A stretch of DNA of 64,000 nucleotides from Thermodesulfobacteriota bacterium (GCA_049322355.1 JBMORG010000001.1:19410-83409); one strand, 5' to 3'. Shown: positions 8,962 to 19,562, counted from the first letter of the stretch. The notes: a model not told the origin generated them from the letters alone. Translations and numbers: made by a program.

Positions 8962-10324
8962 ATCCATCACTGCAACTGTGCCGCCCGCCTGGGTGCGTTC
9001 AAAATCCGGCCGGACCCTGGCACCAACCCAGGGGGAGGCCCTCTCCCGTAGCACGCAATTCCTCTTCCTGATCTTTGTGGCCTATACCGCCTGCCCCATC
9101 ATTGAGGTTCCCGGTCTGGATCTGTCGCTGTCCGCCTTGATCCTCCTGTTTATTGCCATCGAGATTTTTTTAAGCGGGTCGTTCGGTTGGGTGCAGCAAT
9201 ATTCCGGCTGGATTATCCTGGCGGGGTTTTTCTGGCTGGGCATCCTGCTGTCGCTGGTGGGGAATATCTTTTTGGGGGAAGGGGCCGCCTTCGACCTGGA
9301 CAACTGGAAACAGGTGCTTCGCTATGCCTACTGGATGGTGGCCTTCGTTACGACCATTTATGTGGTCTCCACGGCCAGGATGGGCCCCCGGGTGGTTAAA
9401 GCCATCACCTGGGCCATTCTAATCACGGCGCTATTCCGCTGGGGGGAGGCGGTCCTGTTCGGCAAGGTCGGAGCCTGGACTATGGGGGGCCTTTTTGCTT
9501 TAACGCAAAACATGTACGGCATCCTCTTTTCCACCTATGCTCCTTGCCTCTTGGTTCCCCTGGTATCCCGGGAAGGGCGGCGGTGGCCGGCAATCCTTGC
9601 CGCGCTCATTGTCTGGGGGGCGGTGGCCATCAACGGCTCCCGGAGCTCCTGGATTGCCGTGAGCCTGGGAATCTTCGTGTTCATGGGTTTGTACGCGGTG
9701 GCGCAGCCTGCCCGGATGCAGCGTCTGCTCCCTCTTATATTGCTTCCTGTAGTGCTATGCGGTCTGCTCTGGCTGGCCCCCCAGGTTTACACCGAAAAAG
9801 TCGCGGAACGCTTCGACACCTTTCACCACCTGGAGCAAGACAAATCCTACAATATACGCAAACTCATGATTCAAAAAGGCTGGCGCATGTTTCTGGATTC
9901 ACCACTATTTGGCGCCGGGGCGGGCAATTTTCGTAAGGAAATGGTCAAACTGGATATAGACAAAGGGACGCTCTCCGGCTCCCAGAAACATTTCAATAAG
10001 AAATCCTCACACAATTCCTACATTGCCCTGCTGGGGGAGACCGGGCTGGCCGGTTGCCTCCCCTTCGGGATTTTATTGCTGCTTCTGGTGGTAAAAGGCC
10101 ACAAAGCGGCGATGATTTTATCCCGGCAGGAGGAAACCTGGGCTTTAGGCATTTACGTGGGCTTCCTGATGATGAGCCTGCACCTGTGGGCCTTAAGCGG
10201 TTTGACTGGTACCGGCACTTGGGTGATGTATGGGATAGTGGCCGCACTGATATCATCTGCCCGCAAGGATTCAGACGATATGCAAACCATACCCCAGTCT
10301 ATAGCCCGACGGGCCAAAAAATAG
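8945..10324 (+). CDS. O-antigen ligase / Wzy-like polymerase family membrane protein
   Basis: About 10 hydrophobic helices. GSRSSWIAVSLG and the loop HNSYIALLGETGLAG are typical of the O-antigen ligase (Wzy_C) family. Confidence 0.7.
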   Translation: MAKTLKSITATVPPAWVRSKSGRTLAPTQGEALSRSTQFLFLIFVAYTACPIIEVPGLDLSLSALILLFIAIEIFLSGSFGWVQQYSGWIILAGFFWLGILLSLVGNIFLGEGAAFDLDNWKQVLRYAYWMVAFVTTIYVVSTARMGPRVVKAITWAILITALFRWGEAVLFGKVGAWTMGGLFALTQNMYGILFSTYAPCLLVPLVSREGRRWPAILAALIVWGAVAINGSRSSWIAVSLGIFVFMGLYAVAQPARMQRLLPLILLPVVLCGLLWLAPQVYTEKVAERFDTFHHLEQDKSYNIRKLMIQKGWRMFLDSPLFGAGAGNFRKEMVKLDIDKGTLSGSQKHFNKKSSHNSYIALLGETGLAGCLPFGILLLLLVVKGHKAAMILSRQEETWALGIYVGFLMMSLHLWALSGLTGTGTWVMYGIVAALISSARKDSDDMQTIPQSIARRAKK

Positions 10325-10328
10325 CGTT

Positions 10329-11537
10329 ATGTCTTTACGCTTGGGCTTCCATTACCATGTCCCGGCTCTTTCCCTGAATGGTCAGATATTTCTTCCCGGG
10401 TATTTGGGGAGGTTTATCGACAGCCTGGCGACACACTGTGAAGAGGTGGTATGCTTCCTCCATGCGCCCCTCCCAGGGGAACATGTCCTGATCGACTACC
10501 CTGTGCGGTCAGCCAAGGTCTCCTTAATTGACATCGGCCCTCACGTCTCTGTCCCACGGCGGCTGCTGTCCTCCCGCCAGGTTGCCAGCAAAATCCGTAA
10601 TGAATGCCAAGGCCTGGACGTGATGCTCATTCGCGGGCCCACGCCCCTGATGGCCACTATCGCCCAAGCCGTTGAGGGAGTACCCGTGGCCTTGCTATTG
10701 GTGGGAGATTATCTGGCGGGCGTCAACGACCTGCCCCAACCCTACTGGCGCAAGGAAGCGGTTCGGCTCTGGGCCTGGTGGAATTACCGGCAGCAACTGC
10801 GTCTGGCCCGGCGCAGCCTCACCTTGGTTAACAGCCGGCTGCTCTATGAGCAACTGCAGCCACTGGTGCCTGAATTGCATGAGGTCCGCACCACCACCCT
10901 GACGTCGAACGATTTTTTCATTCGGGAAGACACCTGCCAGACGCCGCCGTACCATCTCTTGTACACCGGCCGCATGGACCGGGCCAAAGGCCTGTTTGAG
11001 ATGGTGGAAGCGATAGCGCTGCTGGTCTCCCAAGGTGAAGATGTGATCCTGGATTTGGTAGGCTGGCCAGCCGAGAATGACAGCATAATGACTGAGCTTG
11101 CCAATCTGGCCCAAGCCCGGGGGGTGTCTGAGCAAGTCATTTATCACGGTTACAAACAGGTGGGCCCCGAGCTATTTGCCTATTATAAACAGGGAGATGT
11201 TTTTGTTATTGCCTCCCGTTCTTCTTTTGAAGGTTTTCCCCGCAGTATCTGGGAGGCCATGGCCCACAGCCTGCCGGTGGTGGCGACGCGGGTAGGGTCT
11301 ATTCCTTATTTTTTGGGAGGAGCAGTAGAGTTTATTGAACAAAACGATGGAAATTGTTTAGCCGCATCCATCCGCAAGATCCTGCATGATCAGGCAAGGA
11401 GACGACATCTCATTCAAGCTGGTTCGCGCATGGCTCGGGAAAATACCCTGGAAGTGCAAGGTGAAAAACTCATAGGCATCATTAACAGGTGGTTGGACAA
11501 AAAACATGGGAAAAATAGCCAGGCTTGTAAGGCATGA
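10329..11537 (+). CDS. Glycosyltransferase, GT4 family
   Basis: EGFPRSIWEAMAHSLPVVATRVGSIPYFLGGAVEF. Confidence 0.75.
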   Translation: MSLRLGFHYHVPALSLNGQIFLPGYLGRFIDSLATHCEEVVCFLHAPLPGEHVLIDYPVRSAKVSLIDIGPHVSVPRRLLSSRQVASKIRNECQGLDVMLIRGPTPLMATIAQAVEGVPVALLLVGDYLAGVNDLPQPYWRKEAVRLWAWWNYRQQLRLARRSLTLVNSRLLYEQLQPLVPELHEVRTTTLTSNDFFIREDTCQTPPYHLLYTGRMDRAKGLFEMVEAIALLVSQGEDVILDLVGWPAENDSIMTELANLAQARGVSEQVIYHGYKQVGPELFAYYKQGDVFVIASRSSFEGFPRSIWEAMAHSLPVVATRVGSIPYFLGGAVEFIEQNDGNCLAASIRKILHDQARRRHLIQAGSRMARENTLEVQGEKLIGIINRWLDKKHGKNSQACKA

Positions 11538-12036
11538 TTGGCCCCTGCATTTCGTTTTACTTTTTACCAACTGGCTGCCTGATAATATTGTTTTTTTGCG
11601 GTTACGGGGATGGTTGGCCAGACCTTTTTTCAGGTCATGCGGCGCTGATTTACGCTTGGGGAGAAATGTGACTTTCTATAACTCCTCCAAGATTGATCTT
11701 GGACAAAATATTTATATTGCCTATGGGTGTTGGATAAGCGCAGGTGAAGAAATTTGCATTGAAGACGAAGTCATATTTGGTCCTTACTGCATTATAAGTT
11801 CAACCAATCACTCTCGGGCAAGAAGGTCTTTCCGGTATGGCCCCCCCAAACAAGAAGCAATAAGAATCGGCAAAGGAAGTTGGATAGCCTCCCATGTTAT
11901 TATCACTGCCGGCAGTGAAATCGGCCCTGGCTCCCTCATTGCTGCGGGGGCAGTAGTGAATGGAAAGATAGCCGCGGACTCCCTGGCAGGAGGCATACCG
12001 GCCAGGTTTTTAAAAGAACTTTCTGATGGCGAATGA
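11506..12036 (+). CDS. Hexapeptide-repeat (LbH) O-acetyltransferase
   Basis: Left-handed beta-helix repeats IRIGKGSWIASHVIITAGSEIGPGSLIAAGAVVNGKIAADSLAGGIPARF. Confidence 0.75.
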   Translation: MGKIARLVRHDWPLHFVLLFTNWLPDNIVFLRLRGWLARPFFRSCGADLRLGRNVTFYNSSKIDLGQNIYIAYGCWISAGEEICIEDEVIFGPYCIISSTNHSRARRSFRYGPPKQEAIRIGKGSWIASHVIITAGSEIGPGSLIAAGAVVNGKIAADSLAGGIPARFLKELSDGE

Positions 12037-13087
12037 AATTGCAGGCAATCAACGAATATTGATCATCGGGAATTTTCTTTCCCGCTCGCATTTTACTTGG
12101 ACAATTTCAGAAGAATTGTTCCATAGGTTATCTGAAAAAGGCTGGTCGGTTATTACAACTTCAGCTAAAAATAATAGAATTGCAAGGTTGTTCGACATGA
12201 TTTATACAACTTGGATTAATAAGAAAAAATACTCTTGTGCTCAAGTGGATGTCTATAGTGGCCCCGCTTTTTTATATGCGGAAGCGGTAAGTTTGTTCCT
12301 GCGCATACTCAGAAAGCCGTTTCTTCTTACCCTACACGGGGGAAATTTGCCTGCCTTTGCGCAGCGTTGGCCAATTAGACTGCACAATTTGCTGAAAGGG
12401 GCGGATGCGGTAGGAACTCCATCATTATATATTCAAATGAATTTAAAAAGCTCCAGAGAGGATATCATATATCTGCCTAATGGCATAAACCTAAACCGAT
12501 ATAATTTCCGACTTCGATCTCAGCCGGCTTTCAGAATGGCTTGGCTGCGGGCCTTTCATCAAATTTATAACCCGGCCATGGCAGTCAGAACCTTGGCCCT
12601 ATTAGCCAAGGAATATCCTGATATACAATTACAAATGACCGGGCCCGACAAAGGCGATGGTTCGCTCCCCGAAGTGAGAAATTTGGCTGAGCAATTTGGG
12701 ATTGGCAAAAATCTTCACATTACTCTCGGAATACCTAAGGAGGAGGTTCCAAGGCATTTATGTGGCTTTGATATTTTCCTTAATACTACTAATTACGAAA
12801 GCTTTGGGGTATCCGTGATGGAGGCAGCTGCTTCCGGAATGTGTATAGTCACCACTAACGTGGGGGAGCTTTCTTATTTATGGCAAGATGGCCATGATGC
12901 CCTGCTGGTGCCTCCCAATGATCCTGAGGCCATGGCTGCAGCGGTGCGCCGCATTTTGACGGAACCGGGATTGGCCGAGAGACTCTCCTTTAATGCCCGC
13001 AAGAAAGCGGAGCAGTTTGACTGGTCAATTATTCTGCCACAATGGGAAGCCCTGTTGACCAAGGTAGCGCAAGGGAAAGAGAAGTGA
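12026..13087 (+). CDS. Glycosyltransferase, GT4 family
   Basis: ESFGVSVMEAAASGMCIVTTNVGELSYLWQDGHDALLVPPND. Confidence 0.75.
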   Translation: MANEIAGNQRILIIGNFLSRSHFTWTISEELFHRLSEKGWSVITTSAKNNRIARLFDMIYTTWINKKKYSCAQVDVYSGPAFLYAEAVSLFLRILRKPFLLTLHGGNLPAFAQRWPIRLHNLLKGADAVGTPSLYIQMNLKSSREDIIYLPNGINLNRYNFRLRSQPAFRMAWLRAFHQIYNPAMAVRTLALLAKEYPDIQLQMTGPDKGDGSLPEVRNLAEQFGIGKNLHITLGIPKEEVPRHLCGFDIFLNTTNYESFGVSVMEAAASGMCIVTTNVGELSYLWQDGHDALLVPPNDPEAMAAAVRRILTEPGLAERLSFNARKKAEQFDWSIILPQWEALLTKVAQGKEK

Positions 13088-14496
13088 AGGATTCACTCCT
13101 TAAGGTCTACCACCATGCCCCATATACTCTGAAAGTGCTGGCCGCCAGTGCCTGGGGCTATTACCTGCGCTGGTGGCGGTATGGTCCCGAGACCGAGAGG
13201 CTGGTGGACGAGGCTCGGGAACGGGAATATTGGAGACCGGAGCAATGGCAGACCTGGCAGGAAAACCGGCTAGGTTACGTGCTACATCGGGCCGCCACCC
13301 GGGTGCCCTACTACCGGGAGCAATGGGCGGAACGGCGGCGGCGAGGTGATCGTGCTTCCTGGGAATACCTGGAAAACTGGCCGATTCTGGAGAAGGAGCC
13401 GCTGCGGCAGAACCCCAAGGCCTTTGTGGCTGATGACTGTAACCTTAAGAATATGTTGGAGGACCATACCAGCGGCACCACTGGCAAACCCCTGGTTCTC
13501 TGGATGAGCCGGAATACGGTCCAGGTCTGGTATGCTCTTTTTGAAGCCCGCTGGCTCCGTTGGTATGGCCTTAACCGGCATGACCGCTGGGCCCATATTG
13601 GAGGGCGGTTGGTGACGCCCGTTACAAGCCGACAACCTCCCTTTTGGGTCTGGAACGCCGGGTTAAACCAGCTTTATATGTCATCTTATCACCTCGCACC
13701 TGATCTTATTTCTCATTATGTTGAAGCCCTAAAACGTTATCGGGTCAAATATCTGCTCGGATATTCGTCTTCCCTTTATACGCTGGCGCAGGAAGTCCTG
13801 CGCCGGCAACTGGATGAAACAAATATTTCCGCAGCAATTACCGATGCAGAACCCTTATTTGACTACCAAAGAAAGGCAATTGTCCAGGCGTTCCGGTGTA
13901 AGGTTCACCAAACCTATGGGATGTCAGAAATGGTGGCCGCGGCCAGTGAATGTGAATCCGACTCCCTCCACCTGTGGCCCGAAGCTGGGTGTCTGGAACA
14001 TATTAATGATGGACATGAAGTTGGGTCTGCCTCTGGACAACTTATTAGCACCGGCCTGATCAACCCCGATATGCCCCTGATCCGCTATCGGGTAGGAGAT
14101 CGCACCGCCCAAACAATCAGCAATCATGAATGCCCATGTGGGCGAAACCTTCCGGTTCTCCCTGCCATTCAGGGAAGAATAGATGATTTATTGTATACCA
14201 AGGACGGCCGAAAAATTGGCCGGCTTGATCCTGTATTTAAAACCGATTTGCCCATCCTGGAAGCTCAAATTATTCAGGAATCTCTGGATTTAATTAAAAT
14301 TCGCATTGTGCCAGCGCTTGGTTTTTCCGAAGCAGCTACAGGTTTGATTGTTGATAGACTAAGAGAGAGAATGGGTCAGGTGGATGTTCTTGTGGAACAA
14401 GTATCGGAGATTCCACGGGGGGCTCATGGAAAATTTAGGGCTGTAGTCTGTAATTTGTCTGATGAGGAAAAAGCCAGATTGAGCAAGATTGGTTAG
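13042..14496 (+). CDS. PaaK/CapK-like adenylate-forming enzyme (phenylacetate-CoA ligase family); the start may be the GTG at 13084, which overlaps the upstream stop
   Basis: AMP-binding motif HTSGTTGKPL. Length and layout match PaaK/F390-synthetase-like proteins found in capsule loci. Confidence 0.7.
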   Translation: MGSPVDQGSAREREVKDSLLKVYHHAPYTLKVLAASAWGYYLRWWRYGPETERLVDEAREREYWRPEQWQTWQENRLGYVLHRAATRVPYYREQWAERRRRGDRASWEYLENWPILEKEPLRQNPKAFVADDCNLKNMLEDHTSGTTGKPLVLWMSRNTVQVWYALFEARWLRWYGLNRHDRWAHIGGRLVTPVTSRQPPFWVWNAGLNQLYMSSYHLAPDLISHYVEALKRYRVKYLLGYSSSLYTLAQEVLRRQLDETNISAAITDAEPLFDYQRKAIVQAFRCKVHQTYGMSEMVAAASECESDSLHLWPEAGCLEHINDGHEVGSASGQLISTGLINPDMPLIRYRVGDRTAQTISNHECPCGRNLPVLPAIQGRIDDLLYTKDGRKIGRLDPVFKTDLPILEAQIIQESLDLIKIRIVPALGFSEAATGLIVDRLRERMGQVDVLVEQVSEIPRGAHGKFRAVVCNLSDEEKARLSKIG

Positions 14497-14507
14497 AAAG
14501 AATCCAA

Positions 14508-15569
14508 ATGGATAAACTTCCCTTTGTTTCGATCATCATGCCGATCCGAAACGAAGCAAATTATATCGCCCGGAGTCTCGGATCGGTTTTAGCTCAGGAT
14601 TATCCACCGGAACGCATGGAAATTTTGGTTGCTGACGGCATGTCTGAGGACGCAACCCGGCATATGATTGATAAGACAATAAGGGAAATGGGAATTGCTG
14701 CTGCTGGAGGTCAGCACGAAAAGGCAAATCCGGTTCTACCTGTGGTGCAGGTTCTGGACAATCCTGGGCGAATTGTGCCCACTGGGTTTAACCTCGCCCT
14801 CAAACATGCCCGGGGAGAGATTATTATTCGGGTGGACGGTCACTGTGAGATTCAACCCGATTATGTGCGACGTTGTGTGGAACTGCTCTTGCAAACCGGG
14901 GCGGACAATGTGGGGGGGCTGCAAGCCGCCGGAGCTAAAGATAGTGTTGGCAAAGCCATTTCTCTGGCTACCAGTTCTCCCTTTGGCGTTGGTGGGGCGA
15001 AATTCCATTATGCGACCCAGCCGGGCTGGGTAGATACAGTCTATTTAGGTGCTTACCGTCGGGAGGTTTTTGAACGCCTTGGGGGGTTTGATGAAGAGCT
15101 GGTGCGCAATCAGGATGATGAATTTAATTTTCGCCTCATCCAGAGCGGCGGCAAAATCTGGCTCGATCCATCCCTAAAAACGGTTTATTACAGCCGGGCC
15201 AGCTTCGGAAAGCTCTGGCGGCAATATTTTCAATACGGGTTTTACAAGGTGCGGGTGATCCAAAAGCGGAGAGCGGTTGCTTCCTGGCGTCATCTAGTGC
15301 CAGCCGGCTTCGTTTTGGGATTAGGCGTTACTATGTTGTTGGGCTTGGCCACCGGCAACCAGCGGTGGGTTTTTACTATCACCGGGCCCTATCTCATCGC
15401 CAATTTAACCGCCAGCCTCTGGACAACCAAAAAGGATTGGCGGTTCTTGCCTCTGTTGTCTCTTAGTTATCTAATATTACATCTTTCTTATGGGGCAGGT
15501 TTTTTATGGGGTTTGTGGATATGGCGTCACCGGTGGCGAAATTCTGCTCACAATTCATCATTATCTTAA
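14508..15569 (+). CDS. Glycosyltransferase, GT2 family with C-terminal membrane helices
   Basis: VSIIMPIRNEANYIARSLGSVLAQDYP, IIIRVDGH and NQDDEFNFRL, followed by hydrophobic C-terminal helices. Confidence 0.8.
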   Translation: MDKLPFVSIIMPIRNEANYIARSLGSVLAQDYPPERMEILVADGMSEDATRHMIDKTIREMGIAAAGGQHEKANPVLPVVQVLDNPGRIVPTGFNLALKHARGEIIIRVDGHCEIQPDYVRRCVELLLQTGADNVGGLQAAGAKDSVGKAISLATSSPFGVGGAKFHYATQPGWVDTVYLGAYRREVFERLGGFDEELVRNQDDEFNFRLIQSGGKIWLDPSLKTVYYSRASFGKLWRQYFQYGFYKVRVIQKRRAVASWRHLVPAGFVLGLGVTMLLGLATGNQRWVFTITGPYLIANLTASLWTTKKDWRFLPLLSLSYLILHLSYGAGFLWGLWIWRHRWRNSAHNSSLS

Positions 15570-15651
15570 TGACTTGGCACTCCCAGGATACAGATGCTGT
15601 ACGACAATTCCCTTGCTGAGTACCTATTATTTTGGCCTGATCAGAAAGTTG

Positions 15652-17598
15652 ATGCTTTCTTTTAAACTCCTTTCATTGGTAGTTATTCTTGTCTTCTGGC
15701 CATATGTCAGTTGGGGGGGGCAGACCCAAAAGATTACAGGAACATATAAGATCGAAGACCTGGGAAAAATCATCCAATCAGCTACCCTGGAACATCGTTT
15801 CCAGGTTCATCTCCTTCAAACAGATCAGACTCATCTGCTCCTCTATTATGTTCTCAAAGATTGTGGCAAGCAGCCCTTCCAGATCTTGGATGTCAACCTG
15901 AACAACGGTCAGACGCGGGTTGCTGATGCAATCTTAGGTCGTCCGGGTCCCGTTGCCACCATCTTGCACTCCAATGGCTTGATCTACATTGGTTCAGGCG
16001 CCCCGGGGTATTTTATGGTCTATAATCCGGAGACCGGGCAGACCCGGCAGATCGCCAATCTGGCCGAGGGGGCGCAATACATTATTGAAGGTGACGACGG
16101 CGCCATCTATATCGGCGAGTGTACAAAAGGTTATGTCGAACGCTATGACCCCAAGACCCAGGCCTGGGAAAATTATGGGATCATCGACGACCCCGGTCCC
16201 CCTTACTATCGATATGCCTATAGCCTGGGTGCTGATGAACGTTACATATATATTGCAATAGGCCAAAAACCCTGGTACCTGGCGATATTCGACCGCCAAA
16301 ACCGCAGTACCCAACTCTTTTGGAAGGAACTGAACCCCACCTTTGTAGGAGTATCCCGGGGGAAAGATGGCCGCTGGTACTCCCAATGCTTTGCGAAAGA
16401 AGGTAAACGCTGGTATCGCCTGAACGGTCAGCGACCTCCGGAGTTGATTCCAAAGGAACCTGTACTCACGCACGGCTGGCTTACGCGCCTTCCTCAGCCG
16501 CTTAATGCTTATGAAGTTGACCTTACCCAAGCCTATCCTGATAGTGGTAACGAAGGTAAGGTCATGGTGCGCTGGCGGCGGCGGGGCCAGATTGAATGGC
16601 GGGAAGCTACAGTCCAGGTTCGCCTCGGCCCCATCGACATCAAACGCCTGTATGCCTGGGATGATAATCGGCTGTTAGGGTTTACGTCATTTTATGGGCC
16701 GGTTTTTCTCTATGACCCGGCCAAGCGCCAGACCACCTTCCTGGGCCGCACGGAGAGAAGCCTCTATGACGCCTTGTTTTCTCAGGGCCGGTGGTGGCTG
16801 GCGGGATATCCAACGGCAACGATGGTATATGATCCACTTCGTCCTTGGACTTTAACCGCTTCCACGAAAGATCTCTTTTCCAGTTTGGTCAACCCGCATT
16901 TGCTACGGCTGCCGCCGGATGGTTCGGCCAAATACCATTACTATTTGGCGGCCGGGACCGACAACTGCATTTATATAGGGGGCCACCGAGAGAGAGACAG
17001 CGTCGGCGGCACCTTAGGGTGGTACAATCCCCACACAAGAATGACCGGAGGCTTAAGGCAACCATTTCTCCAGTATGAAATTCGTGATTTACTCCCGATC
17101 ATCAATGGCACCAAAATACTGATAAGCACCGTGGCGCGAGATAGAGGCACCGATGGTAAGTTATTTCTCTTTAACTGTCAGCAGAAAAAACTGGAAGCCG
17201 AATTTCTGCCTTTATCTGGAGAAACTGATGCTGGCAAGGTAGTAGAGATTGAACCCGGCTTAATCCTGGGCTTGATTAGAGGGTCGCCCAAAAGCCGGGT
17301 CTATAAATTTGACCTCCAGGCTGGGAAGCTAGTTTTTGTGAAAGACCTGGACGGAAAAATGTTCGGAGAGGTTCGCAGTTATGACCGCCGGGCAATTAAA
17401 GGCCCTGACGGCCATGTCTGGTTATACATTGACAATACGATCTGCCGCATCAATCCAGCTGATGGAACTGTACAGAGGGTTCTGGAGGCCCTGCCGGCGG
17501 GTAACTTGTTATTTTTTAAAAATGACCTTTACATTTATGGAGATTACAACCTAAGGCGGGTTTCCAATATCTTTACTGAGGCCCTTCCAAAGCCTTAG
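15652..17598 (+). CDS. Secreted hypothetical protein with beta-propeller-like repeats
   Basis: The ATG at 15652 gives a signal-peptide-like N-terminus, MLSFKLLSLVVILVFWPYVSWGG. IYIG-containing repeats recur (NGLIYIGSG, DGAIYIGEC, ERYIYIAIG, DNCIYIGGH). The listed upstream extension from 15490 overlaps the preceding gene. Confidence 0.6.
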   Translation: MLSFKLLSLVVILVFWPYVSWGGQTQKITGTYKIEDLGKIIQSATLEHRFQVHLLQTDQTHLLLYYVLKDCGKQPFQILDVNLNNGQTRVADAILGRPGPVATILHSNGLIYIGSGAPGYFMVYNPETGQTRQIANLAEGAQYIIEGDDGAIYIGECTKGYVERYDPKTQAWENYGIIDDPGPPYYRYAYSLGADERYIYIAIGQKPWYLAIFDRQNRSTQLFWKELNPTFVGVSRGKDGRWYSQCFAKEGKRWYRLNGQRPPELIPKEPVLTHGWLTRLPQPLNAYEVDLTQAYPDSGNEGKVMVRWRRRGQIEWREATVQVRLGPIDIKRLYAWDDNRLLGFTSFYGPVFLYDPAKRQTTFLGRTERSLYDALFSQGRWWLAGYPTATMVYDPLRPWTLTASTKDLFSSLVNPHLLRLPPDGSAKYHYYLAAGTDNCIYIGGHRERDSVGGTLGWYNPHTRMTGGLRQPFLQYEIRDLLPIINGTKILISTVARDRGTDGKLFLFNCQQKKLEAEFLPLSGETDAGKVVEIEPGLILGLIRGSPKSRVYKFDLQAGKLVFVKDLDGKMFGEVRSYDRRAIKGPDGHVWLYIDNTICRINPADGTVQRVLEALPAGNLLFFKNDLYIYGDYNLRRVSNIFTEALPKP

Positions 17599-18075
17599 CG
17601 GATATTTGTGGTAATTCCAACCGAAAAATGACCCCTCGCGACAACCCAAAATTGACCCCCCTTGCCGTTTAGATTTTGATAAACTGTTTATTGCCTGGGC
17701 GGAGGATAAGGCACTGCTGGAGGGCAACCTGAGCGCCGCCGCAGGTGACCAATTTTCGGTTGGCATTACCATCTTTTCTTTACCTGCCTCTCCGGAAATC
17801 ACCAAAGCGATAAACTCCGGGGGTGCGGGGGCAGAGCCCCTGCCTATGATTGGTTCAGGGCATCTGAGTACTGCATTCTCTCCGGATATCATTGGGCTCC
17901 ATGATCGCGCCCAGTGGTCGAGGCAGCACTTCTGTGGCCAGCAGAATCTTCCTCCAGCCATTGATCATTGAAGGTTAGGATGGCCTTGGCGCACCATGCA
18001 CTCGCCGCTGCAGGGTTCGTAATTGGTTATCGGCCGCGTTTGACAAAGGTCTCCAGGATATAATGCGGCAGCGGC

Positions 18076-18489
18076 TCAGGTGAGGGAAATAACCTTGTCC
18101 GCCAGTTGCATCGAGGTGATGATATCCAGCATGTTAGTGACTTCGCCCACCTGGTTTTTCTCATACAGACCAAAGGCCTTCAAGCAGGGGCCGCAGACCA
18201 TGATGTTTAGGCCATTTTGGGCCAATTCTTGCAAGTGGGGCAAACCTTCCGACCCCGCCACGGTATGTTTGACTGCCCCGTTCAACAGGATCAGGCGCCA
18301 GAGATCGTCTTTCATTTCCTTCATTTTCATGATGAAATTGACGACGATATGCTGCCCCAGGGCCTCATCGGGTTTACCCAGGCTATCCGTGGCCAGCAGG
18401 ACCGCGATTTTCTTCCCGGCTTGGGCCTGCCCCTCGGGAACCGCGCCACAAGCCTCACCTATTGGATTGCTTTGTTTTTTTTCGCTCAT
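18076..18489 (-). CDS. DsrE/DsrF-like (YedF C-terminal-like) family protein
   Basis: KKIAVLLATDSLGKPDEALGQHIVVNF...ILLNGAVK...MVCGPCLKAFG resembles the DsrE-fold sulfur/selenium-relay-like domain. Confidence 0.5.
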   Translation of the reverse strand: MSEKKQSNPIGEACGAVPEGQAQAGKKIAVLLATDSLGKPDEALGQHIVVNFIMKMKEMKDDLWRLILLNGAVKHTVAGSEGLPHLQELAQNGLNIMVCGPCLKAFGLYEKNQVGEVTNMLDIITSMQLADKVISLT

Positions 18490-18533
18490 TTCAGTTCTCC
18501 TTTGTCTTTAGTAGTGTCAATCATGTTGTTGGG

Positions 18534-19421
18534 TTATTTTGCCTTAAGCATTGCCGTTCCAGGGCCACTTGGCGTTAATTCAATTTTCTCTCGATATTCA
18601 AACCCTCCTTTATTGTTCAAGCCGATTTTGGCTGCCTGTCTGAAGGCATCGTGCGCAAACACCAGTAGCCAATTTTCCTCACGGGCCCGCACCAGAATTG
18701 ATTCCTTCTCCTTTAGGGTAATTAGCGGCTCATTGTCATAAGCCATAATAAAAGGGAGATGAATATGCGCCGCAGTTGGGATAAGATCGGCGCAGTACAG
18801 TAACTTTTCTCCACCATCCTCGATTATTACGACTTGCATTGCCTGGGTATGCCCAAACAGTGGTTTGACCACGATCCCCGGATAAATTTCTCCCTCGCCT
18901 TCGACTAGTTCCACCAGTCCGTCGGCAATCAAGGGAAGATAATTATCGGGAATGAATGAGGCGGCATCTTTAGGGCTGGGCGATTTAACCGATTCTAAAT
19001 GATCCTTCTGCACGTAATACCTGGCGTTAGGGCAGGTTGGCGCCACTCTGCCATTCTCTTTTGTGGTGGCTCCTCCGGCATGGTCAAAGTGCAGATGGGT
19101 AAGAATGACGTCTGTAACATCCTCCGCTTTAAGGCCAAATGGCCTGAGGGCATAATCGATCGAAGATTTTTCCCGATCAATCCCGTAAATCCTGCAGAAC
19201 TTCTCATCCATCTTGGTGCCGTTGCCCACATCGATCAGCAGGACATGATCTTCCCACCTAACCAAGAGCAAGCGGGCTGCCAGCGGAATCCGGTTCATTT
19301 CATCTCCGGGATGATAGGCCTTGGACCACACCGGCTTGGGCACAATCCCGAACATGGCCCCGCCATCAAGGGCGAAGGAGCCGGTTTCGACTGCATCAAT
19401 GGTGAATTTCTCAAGAATCAT
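18534..19421 (-). CDS. MBL-fold metallo-hydrolase
   Basis: Zinc motif THLHFDHAGG, with downstream His/Asp positions (FGHT..., CADL...). Confidence 0.8.
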   Translation of the reverse strand: MILEKFTIDAVETGSFALDGGAMFGIVPKPVWSKAYHPGDEMNRIPLAARLLLVRWEDHVLLIDVGNGTKMDEKFCRIYGIDREKSSIDYALRPFGLKAEDVTDVILTHLHFDHAGGATTKENGRVAPTCPNARYYVQKDHLESVKSPSPKDAASFIPDNYLPLIADGLVELVEGEGEIYPGIVVKPLFGHTQAMQVVIIEDGGEKLLYCADLIPTAAHIHLPFIMAYDNEPLITLKEKESILVRAREENWLLVFAHDAFRQAAKIGLNNKGGFEYREKIELTPSGPGTAMLKAK

Positions 19422-19562
19422 AAGGACCTCCGATGTTGCTTATGTCTCGTTATGAACCAGCAGTGATTAATGGATTGACCCGCTCTTGCCACTGGCCATC
19501 GATACATTTCAGAATCTTGGCGCCCGCCATAATCTCTGAGCCATGCGGATAGAACTTGCCGT

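Noticed and set aside
15490-15651. The N-terminal extension of the 702-aa ORF. Similar extensions occur at 19787-19846, 31519-31548, 35885-35941, 36051-36206, 40545-40595 and 40666-40881.
   Set aside because: The extensions overlap upstream genes or lack an RBS. Internal ATGs with good Shine-Dalgarno sequences give sensible N-termini (signal peptide, LysR HTH, AlpA HTH, TerS motif).
17599-18075. A ~480-bp gap containing a listed 136-aa minus-strand ORF (17551-17961) and a plus-strand open frame (~17672-17970) that lacks a 5' ATG start.
   Set aside because: Neither frame shows a recognisable motif, RBS or plausible start. It may be a decayed gene or simply an intergenic region, and the sequence alone cannot decide.
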